This document shows, in pieces, positions 19,084 to 28,547 of a stretch of 64,000 bases of DNA. The first letter of the stretch is position 1. Each line of letters begins with the position of its first letter. Made by a program: the position numbers and the translations under genes. This DNA comes from an uncultured Bacillota bacterium. Its GTDB lineage: Bacteria; Bacillota; Clostridia; Christensenellales; UBA1242. The DNA lies in contig CAMRTM010000002.1 of NCBI GenBank assembly GCA_947053645.1, positions 41 to 64,040 of the forward strand, read 5' to 3'. The notes beneath the pieces are model-generated. The model saw only the letters and a program-made list of their open reading frames with translations, searched no databases and was not told the origin of the DNA.

Positions 19084-21420
19084 TTAATTCCATTTCCAAT
19101 CGCGGATTTCTGGCATATCAATTCCATATTCGCTAATGTAGGATTTATTTTCTTGCAGTTTGGTGTTTGCGAATTTTAGCAAGGCATCATATTTTTTCTT
19201 TGGCAGGTCAAGATATTTGATACATTTGATTAATTGGTTGTACCTGTCTGTCTTGTTTAGCACCCTCATATCAAAAGAAGTTGTGATTGTGCCTTCCTCA
19301 TTATAGCCTGACACATGCAAGTTGCGGTTTTTGCGGTTGTAAGTGAGTTGGTGAATAAGGCGAGGGTAGCCATGGAAATTAAAGATAATAGGTTTATCGG
19401 TAGTAAATAGTTTATCATATTCTTTATCGGTAAGGCCATGAGGGTGTTCTTGATTTGAAACAAGTTTCATAAGGTCTACAACATTGATAAATTTAACATT
19501 TAGTGTTGGGAGTAATTGTTTAAGAAGGGTTACTGTTGCCAGCGACTCTACTGTCGCGGTATCTCCGCAGGATGCTATCACTAGATCTGGATGTTTAGTA
19601 TCATTCATCCCAGCCCATTTCCATTCGCTCACACCTTGTGCACAATGCTCTTTTGCATCATCCATGTTCAGCCATTGATAGGTAGGATGTTTTGATGCTA
19701 CAATTACATTTATATAGTTTTTACTTTTTGCACAATGGTCATAGCAGGAGAGCAGGCAGTTTGCATCAGCAGGGAGATATACTCTTACTATATCTGCCTT
19801 TTTGCTTACAATATGGTCGACAAATCCCGGGTCTTGATGAGTAAAACCATTGTGGTCTTGTTGCCAAACATTACTTGTCAGAATAAGATTTAGTGATGAA
19901 ATAGGTTCTCGCCAAGGAATTTCATTACATACCTTAAGCCATTTTGCATGTTGTGCGACCATACTATCGACAACTCGTATGAAAGCCTCATAACTATCAA
20001 ACATTCCATGTCTGCCAGTGAGAAGATAGCCCTCCAGCATTCCTTCACACATATGTTCTGAGAGGTAACTATCTTGGATTCGTCCTATTGGGGCAAGTTT
20101 TTCGTCAGTGGAAAGGGTAGGGAGATTAAACGGACGATTCTCTACTTCAAAGGCTTTGTAAAGACGATTACTCATTGCTTCATCAGGGCTGAAAATGCGG
20201 TAATTACTATTTTTCTTATTTAAGGTAAAAAGATCACGAATATATCCGCCGAGTTCCAACATATCTTGAGCCATGACAGTGCCATGCCCTTTAAATTTCA
20301 CAGCATAATTTTCAATAGGAGGGGTTATAAGTTCCTTTAACAGCAAGCCGCCATTAGTTACTGGATTTGCAGTCATTCTTTTATCGCCTTTTGGGATTAT
20401 ACTTGCTATTTCTTTTTTAAGTTTATAGTTTTTGTCAAAAAGTTCATCGGGCTTATAATTTAAAAGCCAATCTTTTAATATTTCAATATTTTCTGGGTTG
20501 TCCATGCTTACTGGCACTTGGTGGGCACGGAATGTGCCTTCAACCTGTTTTTCATCTACCATTTTTGGCCCAGTCCAGCCCTTAGGTGTACGCAAGATTA
20601 TCATAGGCCATTTGTCGGCTTTGCCTGCTTTCTTAATCTCCTTTACATCTTCAATAACACCATCCATTGCTTCTGCCATAAGTTTGTGCATTTTCATCGG
20701 ATCACTGCCTTCTACAAAATAAGGCTTATAGCCATACCCATCAAAAAGATGCTTTAATTCACTTTTGGTCAGGCGTGAAAGGAGGGTTGGGTTGGAAATC
20801 TTATAACCATTGAGGTGAAGTACGGGAAGTACTGTTCCATCAGTTTTTGGATTTATGAATTTATTTCCAAACCAAGAGTTTGCGAGAGGTCCAGTTTCCG
20901 CCTCGCCATCTCCTACAACGCAGGTTGCAATAAGGTCTGGGTTATCAAGTACCGCTCCAAAAGCATGAGAAAGACTATAGCCAAGTTCTCCACCTTCGTG
21001 TATCGAGCCTGGTGTTTCTGGTACGCAGTGTGACCCGATTCCTCCGGGAAAAGAGAATTGTTTGCATAATCTTGTCATACCCTCTTTATCTTGAGAGATT
21101 TCAGGGTAAACTGAAGAATAAACACCTTCAAGATAACTATTTGCAACCAAAAAGTTTCCGCCATGTCCTGGGCCGGAAAGTAGAATCATATTAAGGTTAT
21201 ACTTATTTATAACACGGTCACAATGTGCATAGATGAAATTTTGTCCTGGCACGGTGCCCCAGTGTCCGACAAGTTTTTGTTTGATATCGTCTTTATTTAA
21301 TTCATGGTCGCGTAAAAGTGGATTTTTAAGAAGATATAATTGTGCGGCGGAAAGATAGTTTGCCGCGCTCCAATATTTATTTAATTTATCAAAGTATTCG
21401 GGAGTAGAAAATTTGTCCAT
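19084..21420 (-). CDS. xfp: Xylulose-5-phosphate/fructose-6-phosphate phosphoketolase
   Basis: 778 aa. YWSAANYLSAAQLYL, HWGTVPGQNFIYAH, GPGHGG and EGGELGYSLSHAFGA motifs. Confidence 0.95.
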   Translation of the reverse strand: MDKFSTPEYFDKLNKYWSAANYLSAAQLYLLKNPLLRDHELNKDDIKQKLVGHWGTVPGQNFIYAHCDRVINKYNLNMILLSGPGHGGNFLVANSYLEGVYSSVYPEISQDKEGMTRLCKQFSFPGGIGSHCVPETPGSIHEGGELGYSLSHAFGAVLDNPDLIATCVVGDGEAETGPLANSWFGNKFINPKTDGTVLPVLHLNGYKISNPTLLSRLTKSELKHLFDGYGYKPYFVEGSDPMKMHKLMAEAMDGVIEDVKEIKKAGKADKWPMIILRTPKGWTGPKMVDEKQVEGTFRAHQVPVSMDNPENIEILKDWLLNYKPDELFDKNYKLKKEIASIIPKGDKRMTANPVTNGGLLLKELITPPIENYAVKFKGHGTVMAQDMLELGGYIRDLFTLNKKNSNYRIFSPDEAMSNRLYKAFEVENRPFNLPTLSTDEKLAPIGRIQDSYLSEHMCEGMLEGYLLTGRHGMFDSYEAFIRVVDSMVAQHAKWLKVCNEIPWREPISSLNLILTSNVWQQDHNGFTHQDPGFVDHIVSKKADIVRVYLPADANCLLSCYDHCAKSKNYINVIVASKHPTYQWLNMDDAKEHCAQGVSEWKWAGMNDTKHPDLVIASCGDTATVESLATVTLLKQLLPTLNVKFINVVDLMKLVSNQEHPHGLTDKEYDKLFTTDKPIIFNFHGYPRLIHQLTYNRKNRNLHVSGYNEEGTITTSFDMRVLNKTDRYNQLIKCIKYLDLPKKKYDALLKFANTKLQENKSYISEYGIDMPEIRDWKWN

Positions 21421-21555
21421 AGTTTCTCCTTTTATAAATTAATTATATCATATAAATTTTATTTTAATAAATCATTTTTGTGTTAAGTGCTATATTACCA
21501 AAAAATTCGGCAAATAGGCAGATAAAATTTGCATAAGTTAGTAAAAAGAGGGGTT

Positions 21556-22281
21556 ATGGAAGCTGTCAAATTTTCACCGTTAAATAGAAATTATTGGTAT
21601 AGAATCGTTGATGATGGCCTTGAATTATGGATGAAAGATTTTAAGGGACAAAGTCAAATTATATGCATGGCACCAAAATATTCTTTAGACATTATTGAAG
21701 AGAGAAATCTGAATTGTAGTGAGTCCTTGCGAGGAGAAATATGCAGTCATTTTTTGGAGGATGTCAAAGTGCTTTTGTCAAGAGCGAATCCTAAACTTAT
21801 CGAGCGGTTGCCAGTGTGGATTTTTGCCGACCCAGACAATATCAAAAAGGCATATGAAGGGCTTGAGAGGTATTATGTAAAAGAAGCAAAATATATGGTA
21901 AGCCAAGGCTATGAAAACAATACTATCATTACCTACTTATTTCTTACTAAAGAGCATTGCATAAACAAAATTAAGAAAAAAGTGGATATTTTGATAAAAA
22001 AATACCAAAAAGAGGCCGCAAAGCTCGTTCTCGTCGAACTTGAATGCTATAAAAAATCATGGATTAAAAATTACTACCCAGCCAAGTATTTTAAAGGTAG
22101 TTTTCAGCTTCTTATTAATGAGAGAAGCAAAGAGCGAAGTTTGGAGGCTATGTTAAAGGACAATATTCCTTTGTTAGATGATTTTCAAGAAGAAAATTTG
22201 CAGAAAATAAGAGCCTATAATGCAGTGGAAAAGAGAGAAAAGGGCAAGTCCGCTATCAAGATTATCGAAGATGAAGAGTAA
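21556..22281 (+). CDS. Hypothetical protein (241 aa), no recognisable domain
   Basis: ATG at 21556 after RBS agagggg. The ORF-track start at 21529 has no RBS. Confidence 0.6.
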   Translation: MEAVKFSPLNRNYWYRIVDDGLELWMKDFKGQSQIICMAPKYSLDIIEERNLNCSESLRGEICSHFLEDVKVLLSRANPKLIERLPVWIFADPDNIKKAYEGLERYYVKEAKYMVSQGYENNTIITYLFLTKEHCINKIKKKVDILIKKYQKEAAKLVLVELECYKKSWIKNYYPAKYFKGSFQLLINERSKERSLEAMLKDNIPLLDDFQEENLQKIRAYNAVEKREKGKSAIKIIEDEE

Positions 22282-22295
22282 AAGATTTTTTCAAG

Positions 22296-22323
22296 TAGTC
22301 AAAATAAAATTTGACTATTTTTT
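22296..22323 (+). terminator. Rho-independent terminator
   Basis: tagtcaaa / tttgacta stem followed by T6. Confidence 0.75.
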
Positions 22324-22355
22324 AAAACTTGGTATACTTGAAGTAGGAGAAAAAA

Positions 22356-23123
22356 ATGATTCTTTTTGGTGACTATCATACACATACCGAGTATTCCCGC
22401 AACGGGCATGGCAAAGGTACTATATTTGAAAACGCAAGCGTGGCACAAGAGAAGGGGTTAAAACAAATCGCTATCACTGATCATGGTTTTAACCATAGAC
22501 TTTTTGGCGTGCGTAGAAGGGATATCCCTGATATTAAGGAAGATATTTTGAATGCAAAAGAAGTTACAGGGGTTGATATCCTTTTAGGCATGGAAACTAA
22601 TCTTATTTCACAAAATGGTGATATTGATATTAGGGAAGAAGATTATGAGTTTTTAGATGTGCTTTTAATGGGGTATCACAAACTTGTAAAAATGGAAAAG
22701 TTTAATGATACAATGAAACTGGGTCTTGCTAATATTTTTACTGGAGGATTTTCGCCAAGCAAGGAATTAATTAATCGCAACACAACAGCCTTTTTAAAGG
22801 CTCTTGATAAATACCCAATAGATGTCATTACACATTTGAACTACGGCTGTCCTACCGATACTCTTGCAGTAGCAAGAATGGCAAAACAGAAGGGTACATA
22901 TATTGAATTAAATGGAAAGCATATTTGTTTTACTGAAAAAGAAATCGACATTATGGCTGGAGAAGGCGTTAAATTTATCGTAAATTCTGACGCACACAGA
23001 CCTTCTAAAGTTGGCGAATGTAATAAAGCAATGAATTTGATATTCAAGTTGGGAATTCCACTTTCACAGGTAGTCAATATAAATAAACTACCAAAATTTC
23101 ATCAGAAGAGAGGACAAAATTGA
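22356..23123 (+). CDS. PHP-domain metal-dependent phosphoesterase (HisJ/YcdX-like)
   Basis: FGDYHTHTEYS...ITDHG...SDAHRP motifs. Confidence 0.8.
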   Translation: MILFGDYHTHTEYSRNGHGKGTIFENASVAQEKGLKQIAITDHGFNHRLFGVRRRDIPDIKEDILNAKEVTGVDILLGMETNLISQNGDIDIREEDYEFLDVLLMGYHKLVKMEKFNDTMKLGLANIFTGGFSPSKELINRNTTAFLKALDKYPIDVITHLNYGCPTDTLAVARMAKQKGTYIELNGKHICFTEKEIDIMAGEGVKFIVNSDAHRPSKVGECNKAMNLIFKLGIPLSQVVNINKLPKFHQKRGQN

Positions 23124-24088
23124 GTTTTTCACGAGAAACTAAATTAGAAATACTAGAAAGTGATTTTGATGGCGCGGATGAAAGCCTTGCATTTTTGTCG
23201 GGTTTATTTCATGCCTCTGGGCAAATTACTAAAAACGCCGAGGGTCTTCGTGCTGATATTGTGACAGATATTAAAGAAATTTTTGATGTTACAAACAATA
23301 TCGCGAAAAAACTTTATGGCGATGAACTTAAGATTGAAATAAGTGATGACTACATAATTAACAAAACCTCATATTATCGCATTATGTTTCCTTATTACAT
23401 CTCTTCTCAGGTGCTGCAAGATTGCGGTCTTTTGCGAGTGGGTCAAGAGGGTATTGAACTTATATACAACATAGATAAAAACATAACAGCGGATGAGGAT
23501 ACGAAAAAGGCTTTTATTAAAGGAGCTTATGTGGGCTGTTCCACATCCAGCATAAAGTTTAGCGAACTTGGCTCGCAAAACAACACGACTGGCTATCACA
23601 TGGAGTTTGCTTCACATAATAGGATTTTTCTTGAAGATTTAATGGCTCTTTTAAGTGAATTTAATATAAATACAAAATTATTTGAAAGAAAAAGCATTTA
23701 TGTGCTATATCTTAAAGATAGTGAAACAATAAAAGATTTACTTGCTCTTGTTGGTGCAGGGGAAAGCGTGATGAACCTTGCAAATGAAATGGCAACAAGG
23801 GGACTGCGAAATACTGTCAACAGGCAGGTAAATTGCATTAATGCCAACATTAATAAGACGGTGGAGGCCAGTCTTAAGCAGATAGAGGCTATTAAGACTA
23901 TAGATGAAAAAATTGGACTTGATAGTCTGCCAGATGACCTTCAAGATGTGGCGGTGCTTCGCCTTGCCAATCAGCAGGAAAGCATGGAAGAACTTCTTGC
24001 TTTATCAACCATTAAACTTACAAAGAGCGGGTTGAATCATCGATTTAGAAGACTGATAAAAATTGCTGAAACTTTAAAGAAAGATTAA
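23120..24088 (+). CDS. whiA: DNA-binding sporulation/cell-division regulator WhiA
   Basis: TTG start. FSRETKLEIL; LAGLIDADG-like FLSGLFHASG; C-terminal HTH LTKSGLNHRFRRL. Confidence 0.92.
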   Translation: MSFSRETKLEILESDFDGADESLAFLSGLFHASGQITKNAEGLRADIVTDIKEIFDVTNNIAKKLYGDELKIEISDDYIINKTSYYRIMFPYYISSQVLQDCGLLRVGQEGIELIYNIDKNITADEDTKKAFIKGAYVGCSTSSIKFSELGSQNNTTGYHMEFASHNRIFLEDLMALLSEFNINTKLFERKSIYVLYLKDSETIKDLLALVGAGESVMNLANEMATRGLRNTVNRQVNCINANINKTVEASLKQIEAIKTIDEKIGLDSLPDDLQDVAVLRLANQQESMEELLALSTIKLTKSGLNHRFRRLIKIAETLKKD

Positions 24089-24103
24089 ACACAAGGAGAA
24101 AAA

Positions 24104-27100
24104 ATGAAAGAGTTTGTACATTTACATGTTCATACCGAGTTCAGCCTTTTGGATGGACTGGCACGCATTAAGCCATTAATCAAAATTGTAAAACAGCGCG
24201 GTTGGAAAGCCATTGCCATTACAGACCATGGCAATATGTATGGTACAATGAAATTCTTTGAAGAGTGTGTTCAAAATGGTATTAAGCCAATTTTGGGGGA
24301 AGAGTTTTATATATGTCATGATATGCACTCTCGCTCTAACAAAGGTGACACGGGGCATTTAATACTCCTTGCTAAAAACAACACTGGTTATAAAAACCTT
24401 TTGAAACTTAGTTCCCTCGCTTTCACTGATGGAATGTATTACAAACCTCGTATTGACTACAATCTTTTGGAAAAATACAGCGAAGGCGTGATTTGTCTTT
24501 CTGCATGTCTTGCTGGGCATATTCCTCAGGCAATTTTAAGGCATGATTATGAGGAAGCGGAAAGACTTGCACTTTGGTTTAAGCGTGTTTTTGGTGACGA
24601 CTTCTATTTAGAAATACAAGACCATGGAATTGCAGAGCAGAAGGAAGTTCTTATCAAACTTACCGAGATGTCGCAGAAACTTGAAATTAAACTTGTCGCA
24701 ACAAATGATGTGCATTATCTAAACAAAGAGGATGCTGAACTGCAAGATGTCCTTATGTGCGTTCAGATGGGAAAGACTATTGATGACCCAGACCGCATGA
24801 AATTTGAAACACAAGAATTTTATCTTAAAACCTATGAAGAAATGCTTGAAGCGCTTCCAGGGTATGAAGAGGCACTTGAAGTTACCAAAGAAATTGCTGA
24901 CAAGTGTTATGTTTCTATCAAAACTAAATCTTTAAGAGAGGCTTTTGAAGGGGGAAACACATTAATTCCTGAAGAAGACAGGCTTGGTTCAGATGAAAAC
25001 TTTATTCCTGCCTATGTCCCTGATACCGGAGAAACCACTTTTGAATACCTTTCACGCATGGCATGGGAGGGGCTTTATCGCAATTATAAAGAAGTTCCAC
25101 AGGAGTACAAAGACAGGCTTCAAATGGAACTTGATGTCATCAATCGTTTGGGGTATGTAGAATACTTCCTTATTGTTTGGGATTATATAAATTTTGCAAG
25201 GCAAAATGATATTTCGGTGGGGCCGGGGCGTGGCTCTGGTGCCGGCAGTTTGGTTGCATATACCACTGGTATTACACAAGTTGACCCTATGAAATACGAC
25301 CTTTACTTTGACCGTTTTATCAATCCAGAGCGTGTATCTATGCCGGACTTCGATGTTGACTTCTGTAGAGATAGACGCGGTGAGGTTATCGATTATGCAA
25401 AGCGTCGTTACGGAGAGGACCATGTGTCCAACATTGTAACATTTGGAAATATGCAGGCAAAAAATGCAATTCGAGATGTTGCTAGAGTGCTACGCTATCC
25501 ACTTGCAGAGGTGGACAAGATTACTAAGGAAATTCCCGGTAAGGCACCTAAGAAACCGCCAGTGCTTGGTGCATATTTTGGAACTACTGGCAAGGAAGAA
25601 GATAAACAATATATGATTCAAGAACTTCGTCAAATGTATGATGAAGATGAAATGGTTAAGAAAATTGTAGACATGGCTATCAAACTTGAGGGGGTGCCTA
25701 GAAATATATCTATGCACGCAGCGGGAGTGCTTATCGCTCCAGAGCCTGTCAACACCTTTGTCCCAATGGCTAAAAGTGGAGAGGATTTGATTACCCAGTT
25801 TGATATGACTGAGCTTGAACATCTTGGACTTCTTAAAATGGACTTCCTTGGGCTTCAAACTTTGGACGATATTCATAAGGCTATACAATATGTTAAAGAG
25901 GACCATAATGTAGTAATTGATTTCACTAAGATGAGTTATGATGACCCTGCTGTCTTTGAACTTATTAGTTCGGGCAATACAGAGGCGGTATTCCAACTAG
26001 AAAGTGGGGGGATGAAAGGCTTCATGAAAGAACTTCAACCAACCTGTCTTGAAGATATTATCGCGGGTATTTCACTGTATCGTCCCGGACCTATGGACTT
26101 TATTCCAAAGTTTATCAAGGGTAAAAAAGACCCTGAGCATGTAGAATATGAAGACCCTTGTCTTGAACCTATTCTTAGTACAACATATGGATGTATTGTA
26201 TATCAAGAGCAGGTTATGAAAATCTTCCAAGTAATGGGCGGATTTAGTCTTGGTGGCGCAGATATTGTGCGTCGTATTATGAGTAAGAAAAAGCCTGAGT
26301 TATTGCCTCCAGAAGAAGACAAGTTTATTTATGGTTGGGTAGATCCAGAAGGAAAGAAAAACCCTATTCCAGGAGCGATAAAACTTGGGCATGATAAAGA
26401 TGTCGCGAAGCGCGTCTTTGACCAAATGGCTAAGTTTGCAGGCTACGCATTTAATAAATCTCATGCTGCGGCGTATGCATATGTCGCTTATCAGACTGGC
26501 TATTTAAAAGCACATTACGAAGTTGAATATTTAACTGCCGTGCTTAACACAAGAATTTCAAACGCTGACCTAGTGAAAAAATACACCAATTATGCACGAA
26601 AAGAGGGTTTTGAAGTTTACCCACCTGACATCAATCGCAGTCGTACCGAATTTAGAGTGGAAAACGGCAATATTCGATTTGGTATTGGCGCCCTTAAACA
26701 TGTGGGTACCGGCGTTGTGGATGTCATAATTAAAGAACGCGAAGAGCATGGAGATTATAAAAACTTTGAAGATTTTATCAACCGAAATGTTGGTGTGGTA
26801 AATAAACGACTTATTGAAAGTTTGATTTTGAGCGGGGCATTTGATAGTTTTGGGTATACTAGAAGCCAACTTATGGCTGTCTATGAAGTTGTAATGGACA
26901 GGGCTAACCACGATAGGAAAAACAGAGCTACAGGGCAATTCTCTATGTTTGAAAGTTTTGTAGATGTTGCCCAGACAGTGAATTCTGTGGAATATCCAAA
27001 TATAAAAGAATTCAACAAAGAAACCATTCTTAAAAATGAAAAGGAATACGTAGGAATATATCTTTCTGGACATCCGCTTGATGACTACCTAAGTAAGTAT

Positions 27101-27700
27101 GACGAATTTAATTTTACTTCTGATATGATTGCTCAAGATGAAAGTTCGGATGAGGTTTTGGATGATGAAAACCTAGAAGAAAGCACCATGGAATTTGAGC
27201 AGGTGCATGATGGAGATAGGGTTATTTGTGGTGGCGTAATTGACGCAATTAAAAAACTCCAAACAAAATCAGGCAGTATGGCTTTTGTCACAATAGAAGA
27301 TATTTATGGCACTTTTGATGTTATGCTCTTTCCTAAACTTTTCGCAAAATACAAAGAGATAATTGTCGAGGATGGTTTAATCACAGTGCGTGGACGAGTT
27401 TCGTTAAGACCTGGGAAATCGCCTTGTATAGTTGCAGAGTCTATTACCCCTTGGGTTAAGGTTGATGACACAATAACAAGAGGAGTAAGAAAGGTCTATC
27501 TGCGTTTTGATACAAAGGACATTGATGTATATGATAGGGTAAAGAAAATCTTATCTTCCTATCCAGGGGAGAGCGAAGTGGTTTGCAAATGCATTTCATC
27601 TAACAAGGCCTTTGTTCTTCACATAAATGTAGATATAAATAACTATCTTGAAAACGAACTTTGCGGTCTGCTCGGCGATCAAAATGTAATAATAAAATAA
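24104..27700 (+). CDS. dnaE: DNA polymerase III alpha subunit DnaE
   Basis: 1198 aa; PHP N-terminus FVHLHVHTEFSLLDG; GPGRGSGAGSLVAY motif. Confidence 0.97.
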   Translation: MKEFVHLHVHTEFSLLDGLARIKPLIKIVKQRGWKAIAITDHGNMYGTMKFFEECVQNGIKPILGEEFYICHDMHSRSNKGDTGHLILLAKNNTGYKNLLKLSSLAFTDGMYYKPRIDYNLLEKYSEGVICLSACLAGHIPQAILRHDYEEAERLALWFKRVFGDDFYLEIQDHGIAEQKEVLIKLTEMSQKLEIKLVATNDVHYLNKEDAELQDVLMCVQMGKTIDDPDRMKFETQEFYLKTYEEMLEALPGYEEALEVTKEIADKCYVSIKTKSLREAFEGGNTLIPEEDRLGSDENFIPAYVPDTGETTFEYLSRMAWEGLYRNYKEVPQEYKDRLQMELDVINRLGYVEYFLIVWDYINFARQNDISVGPGRGSGAGSLVAYTTGITQVDPMKYDLYFDRFINPERVSMPDFDVDFCRDRRGEVIDYAKRRYGEDHVSNIVTFGNMQAKNAIRDVARVLRYPLAEVDKITKEIPGKAPKKPPVLGAYFGTTGKEEDKQYMIQELRQMYDEDEMVKKIVDMAIKLEGVPRNISMHAAGVLIAPEPVNTFVPMAKSGEDLITQFDMTELEHLGLLKMDFLGLQTLDDIHKAIQYVKEDHNVVIDFTKMSYDDPAVFELISSGNTEAVFQLESGGMKGFMKELQPTCLEDIIAGISLYRPGPMDFIPKFIKGKKDPEHVEYEDPCLEPILSTTYGCIVYQEQVMKIFQVMGGFSLGGADIVRRIMSKKKPELLPPEEDKFIYGWVDPEGKKNPIPGAIKLGHDKDVAKRVFDQMAKFAGYAFNKSHAAAYAYVAYQTGYLKAHYEVEYLTAVLNTRISNADLVKKYTNYARKEGFEVYPPDINRSRTEFRVENGNIRFGIGALKHVGTGVVDVIIKEREEHGDYKNFEDFINRNVGVVNKRLIESLILSGAFDSFGYTRSQLMAVYEVVMDRANHDRKNRATGQFSMFESFVDVAQTVNSVEYPNIKEFNKETILKNEKEYVGIYLSGHPLDDYLSKYDEFNFTSDMIAQDESSDEVLDDENLEESTMEFEQVHDGDRVICGGVIDAIKKLQTKSGSMAFVTIEDIYGTFDVMLFPKLFAKYKEIIVEDGLITVRGRVSLRPGKSPCIVAESITPWVKVDDTITRGVRKVYLRFDTKDIDVYDRVKKILSSYPGESEVVCKCISSNKAFVLHINVDINNYLENELCGLLGDQNVIIK

Positions 27701-27744
27701 TTAAAGATAAATATATCAAATTATAAATATTTTTGCTAAATTTC

Positions 27745-27773
27745 TTGACAAAATTAATCGGCTATGGTAAACT
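27745..27773 (+). promoter_or_regulatory. Sigma-A type promoter of the tRNA operon
   Basis: TTGACA (27745-27750), 17-nt spacer, TAAACT (27768-27773). Confidence 0.7.
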
Positions 27774-27790
27774 TGCCATAGTCGATGCGT

Positions 27791-27864
27791 GCGGGTGTAG
27801 TTCAGTGGTAGAACACTAGCCTTCCAAGCTGGTTGCGAGGGTCCGATTCCCTTCACCCGCTCCA
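27791..27864 (+). tRNA. tRNA-Gly (anticodon UCC), CCA encoded; T-loop reads TCCGATT
   Basis: Cloverleaf folded by hand. Acceptor gcgggtg/cacccgc; anticodon loop cttccaa. Confidence 0.9.
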
Positions 27865-27867
27865 CGA

Positions 27868-27944
<77 letters not shown>

Positions 27945-27948
27945 ATAT

Positions 27949-28025
27949 GGTGGTCGTAGTTCAGTTGGTAGAACGCCAGATTGTGGCTCTGGAGGTCAAG
28001 AGTTCGATCCTCTTCGATCACCCCA
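27949..28025 (+). tRNA. tRNA-His (anticodon GUG) with encoded G-1, CCA encoded
   Basis: Extra 5' G pairs with discriminator C; anticodon loop ttgtggc. Confidence 0.9.
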
Positions 28026-28059
28026 TATTTTTTGCTAATTGGATATGTTCCCACAGTAA

Positions 28060-28135
28060 TGGGGTGTCGCCAAGCGGTAAGGCATTGGACTCTGACTCCA
28101 ACATTGCGTAGGTTCGAATCCTACCACCCCAGCCA
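28060..28135 (+). tRNA. tRNA-Gln (anticodon CUG), CCA encoded
   Basis: tggggtg/cacccca acceptor; anticodon loop ctctgac. Confidence 0.9.
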
Positions 28136-28304
28136 CAGTGAAAAAACTGCGTTTGGGCTCTGGTTTCGCTGTTAGCGAAACGCAACGCGATGGCACTTGT
28201 TTTTTCACTATTTCGCACCAGACGAAAATGCTGAAGCATTTTGTGCGAACTCTCTGGCGAAGCAAGGCTTTGCAAGAAAATATTGCTTGCCTTCCCAAAC
28301 TTAT
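28136..28304 (+). other. Unusually long, G+C-richer, highly structured spacer inside the tRNA operon (candidate ncRNA or processing element)
   Basis: Helices 28137-47/28199-209 (11 bp), 28163-70/28174-81 (8 bp), 28212-18/28243-49 plus 28225-31/28236-42, and 28256-65/28283-91. The other spacers in this operon are 0-34 nt. Confidence 0.4.
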
Positions 28305-28380
28305 GGCCTACTAGCTCAGTTGGTAGAGCACTTGACTTTTAATCAAGGGGTCCCGGGTTCGAGCCCCGGGTAGACCACCA
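28305..28380 (+). tRNA. tRNA-Lys (anticodon UUU), CCA encoded; C3-A70 mismatch in the acceptor stem
   Basis: Anticodon loop cttttaa; T-arm ccgggttcgagccccgg; acceptor ggcctac/gtagacc. Confidence 0.88.
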
Positions 28381-28455
28381 TGGGGTGTCGCCAAGCGGTA
28401 AGGCACAAGATTTTGATTCTTGCATGCGTAGGTTCAAATCCTGCCACCCCAGCCA
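28381..28455 (+). tRNA. tRNA-Gln (anticodon UUG), CCA encoded
   Basis: tggggtg/cacccca acceptor; anticodon loop ttttgat. Confidence 0.9.
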
Positions 28456-28464
28456 CATAAAAAC

Positions 28465-28487
28465 ATCTCTTAATAGAGATTTTTTTT
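28465..28487 (+). terminator. Rho-independent terminator of the tRNA operon
   Basis: atctct / agagat stem, loop taat, T7 tail. Confidence 0.75.
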
Positions 28488-28499
28488 ATTGTTATTAAT

Positions 28500-28528
28500 T
28501 TGACAAACTTTTCATATCATGCAATAAT
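28500..28528 (+). promoter_or_regulatory. Sigma-A type promoter
   Basis: TTGACA (28500-28505), 17-nt spacer, AATAAT (28523-28528). Confidence 0.55.
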
Positions 28529-28547
28529 AAGGTAGGGAGGAGATTTG

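Noticed and set aside
28163-28181. gtttcgctgttagcgaaac in the tRNA spacer superficially resembles a CRISPR repeat (GTTT...GAAAC termini).
   Set aside because: It is a single copy with no spacer-repeat periodicity anywhere in the window. It is treated as one hairpin of the structured spacer.
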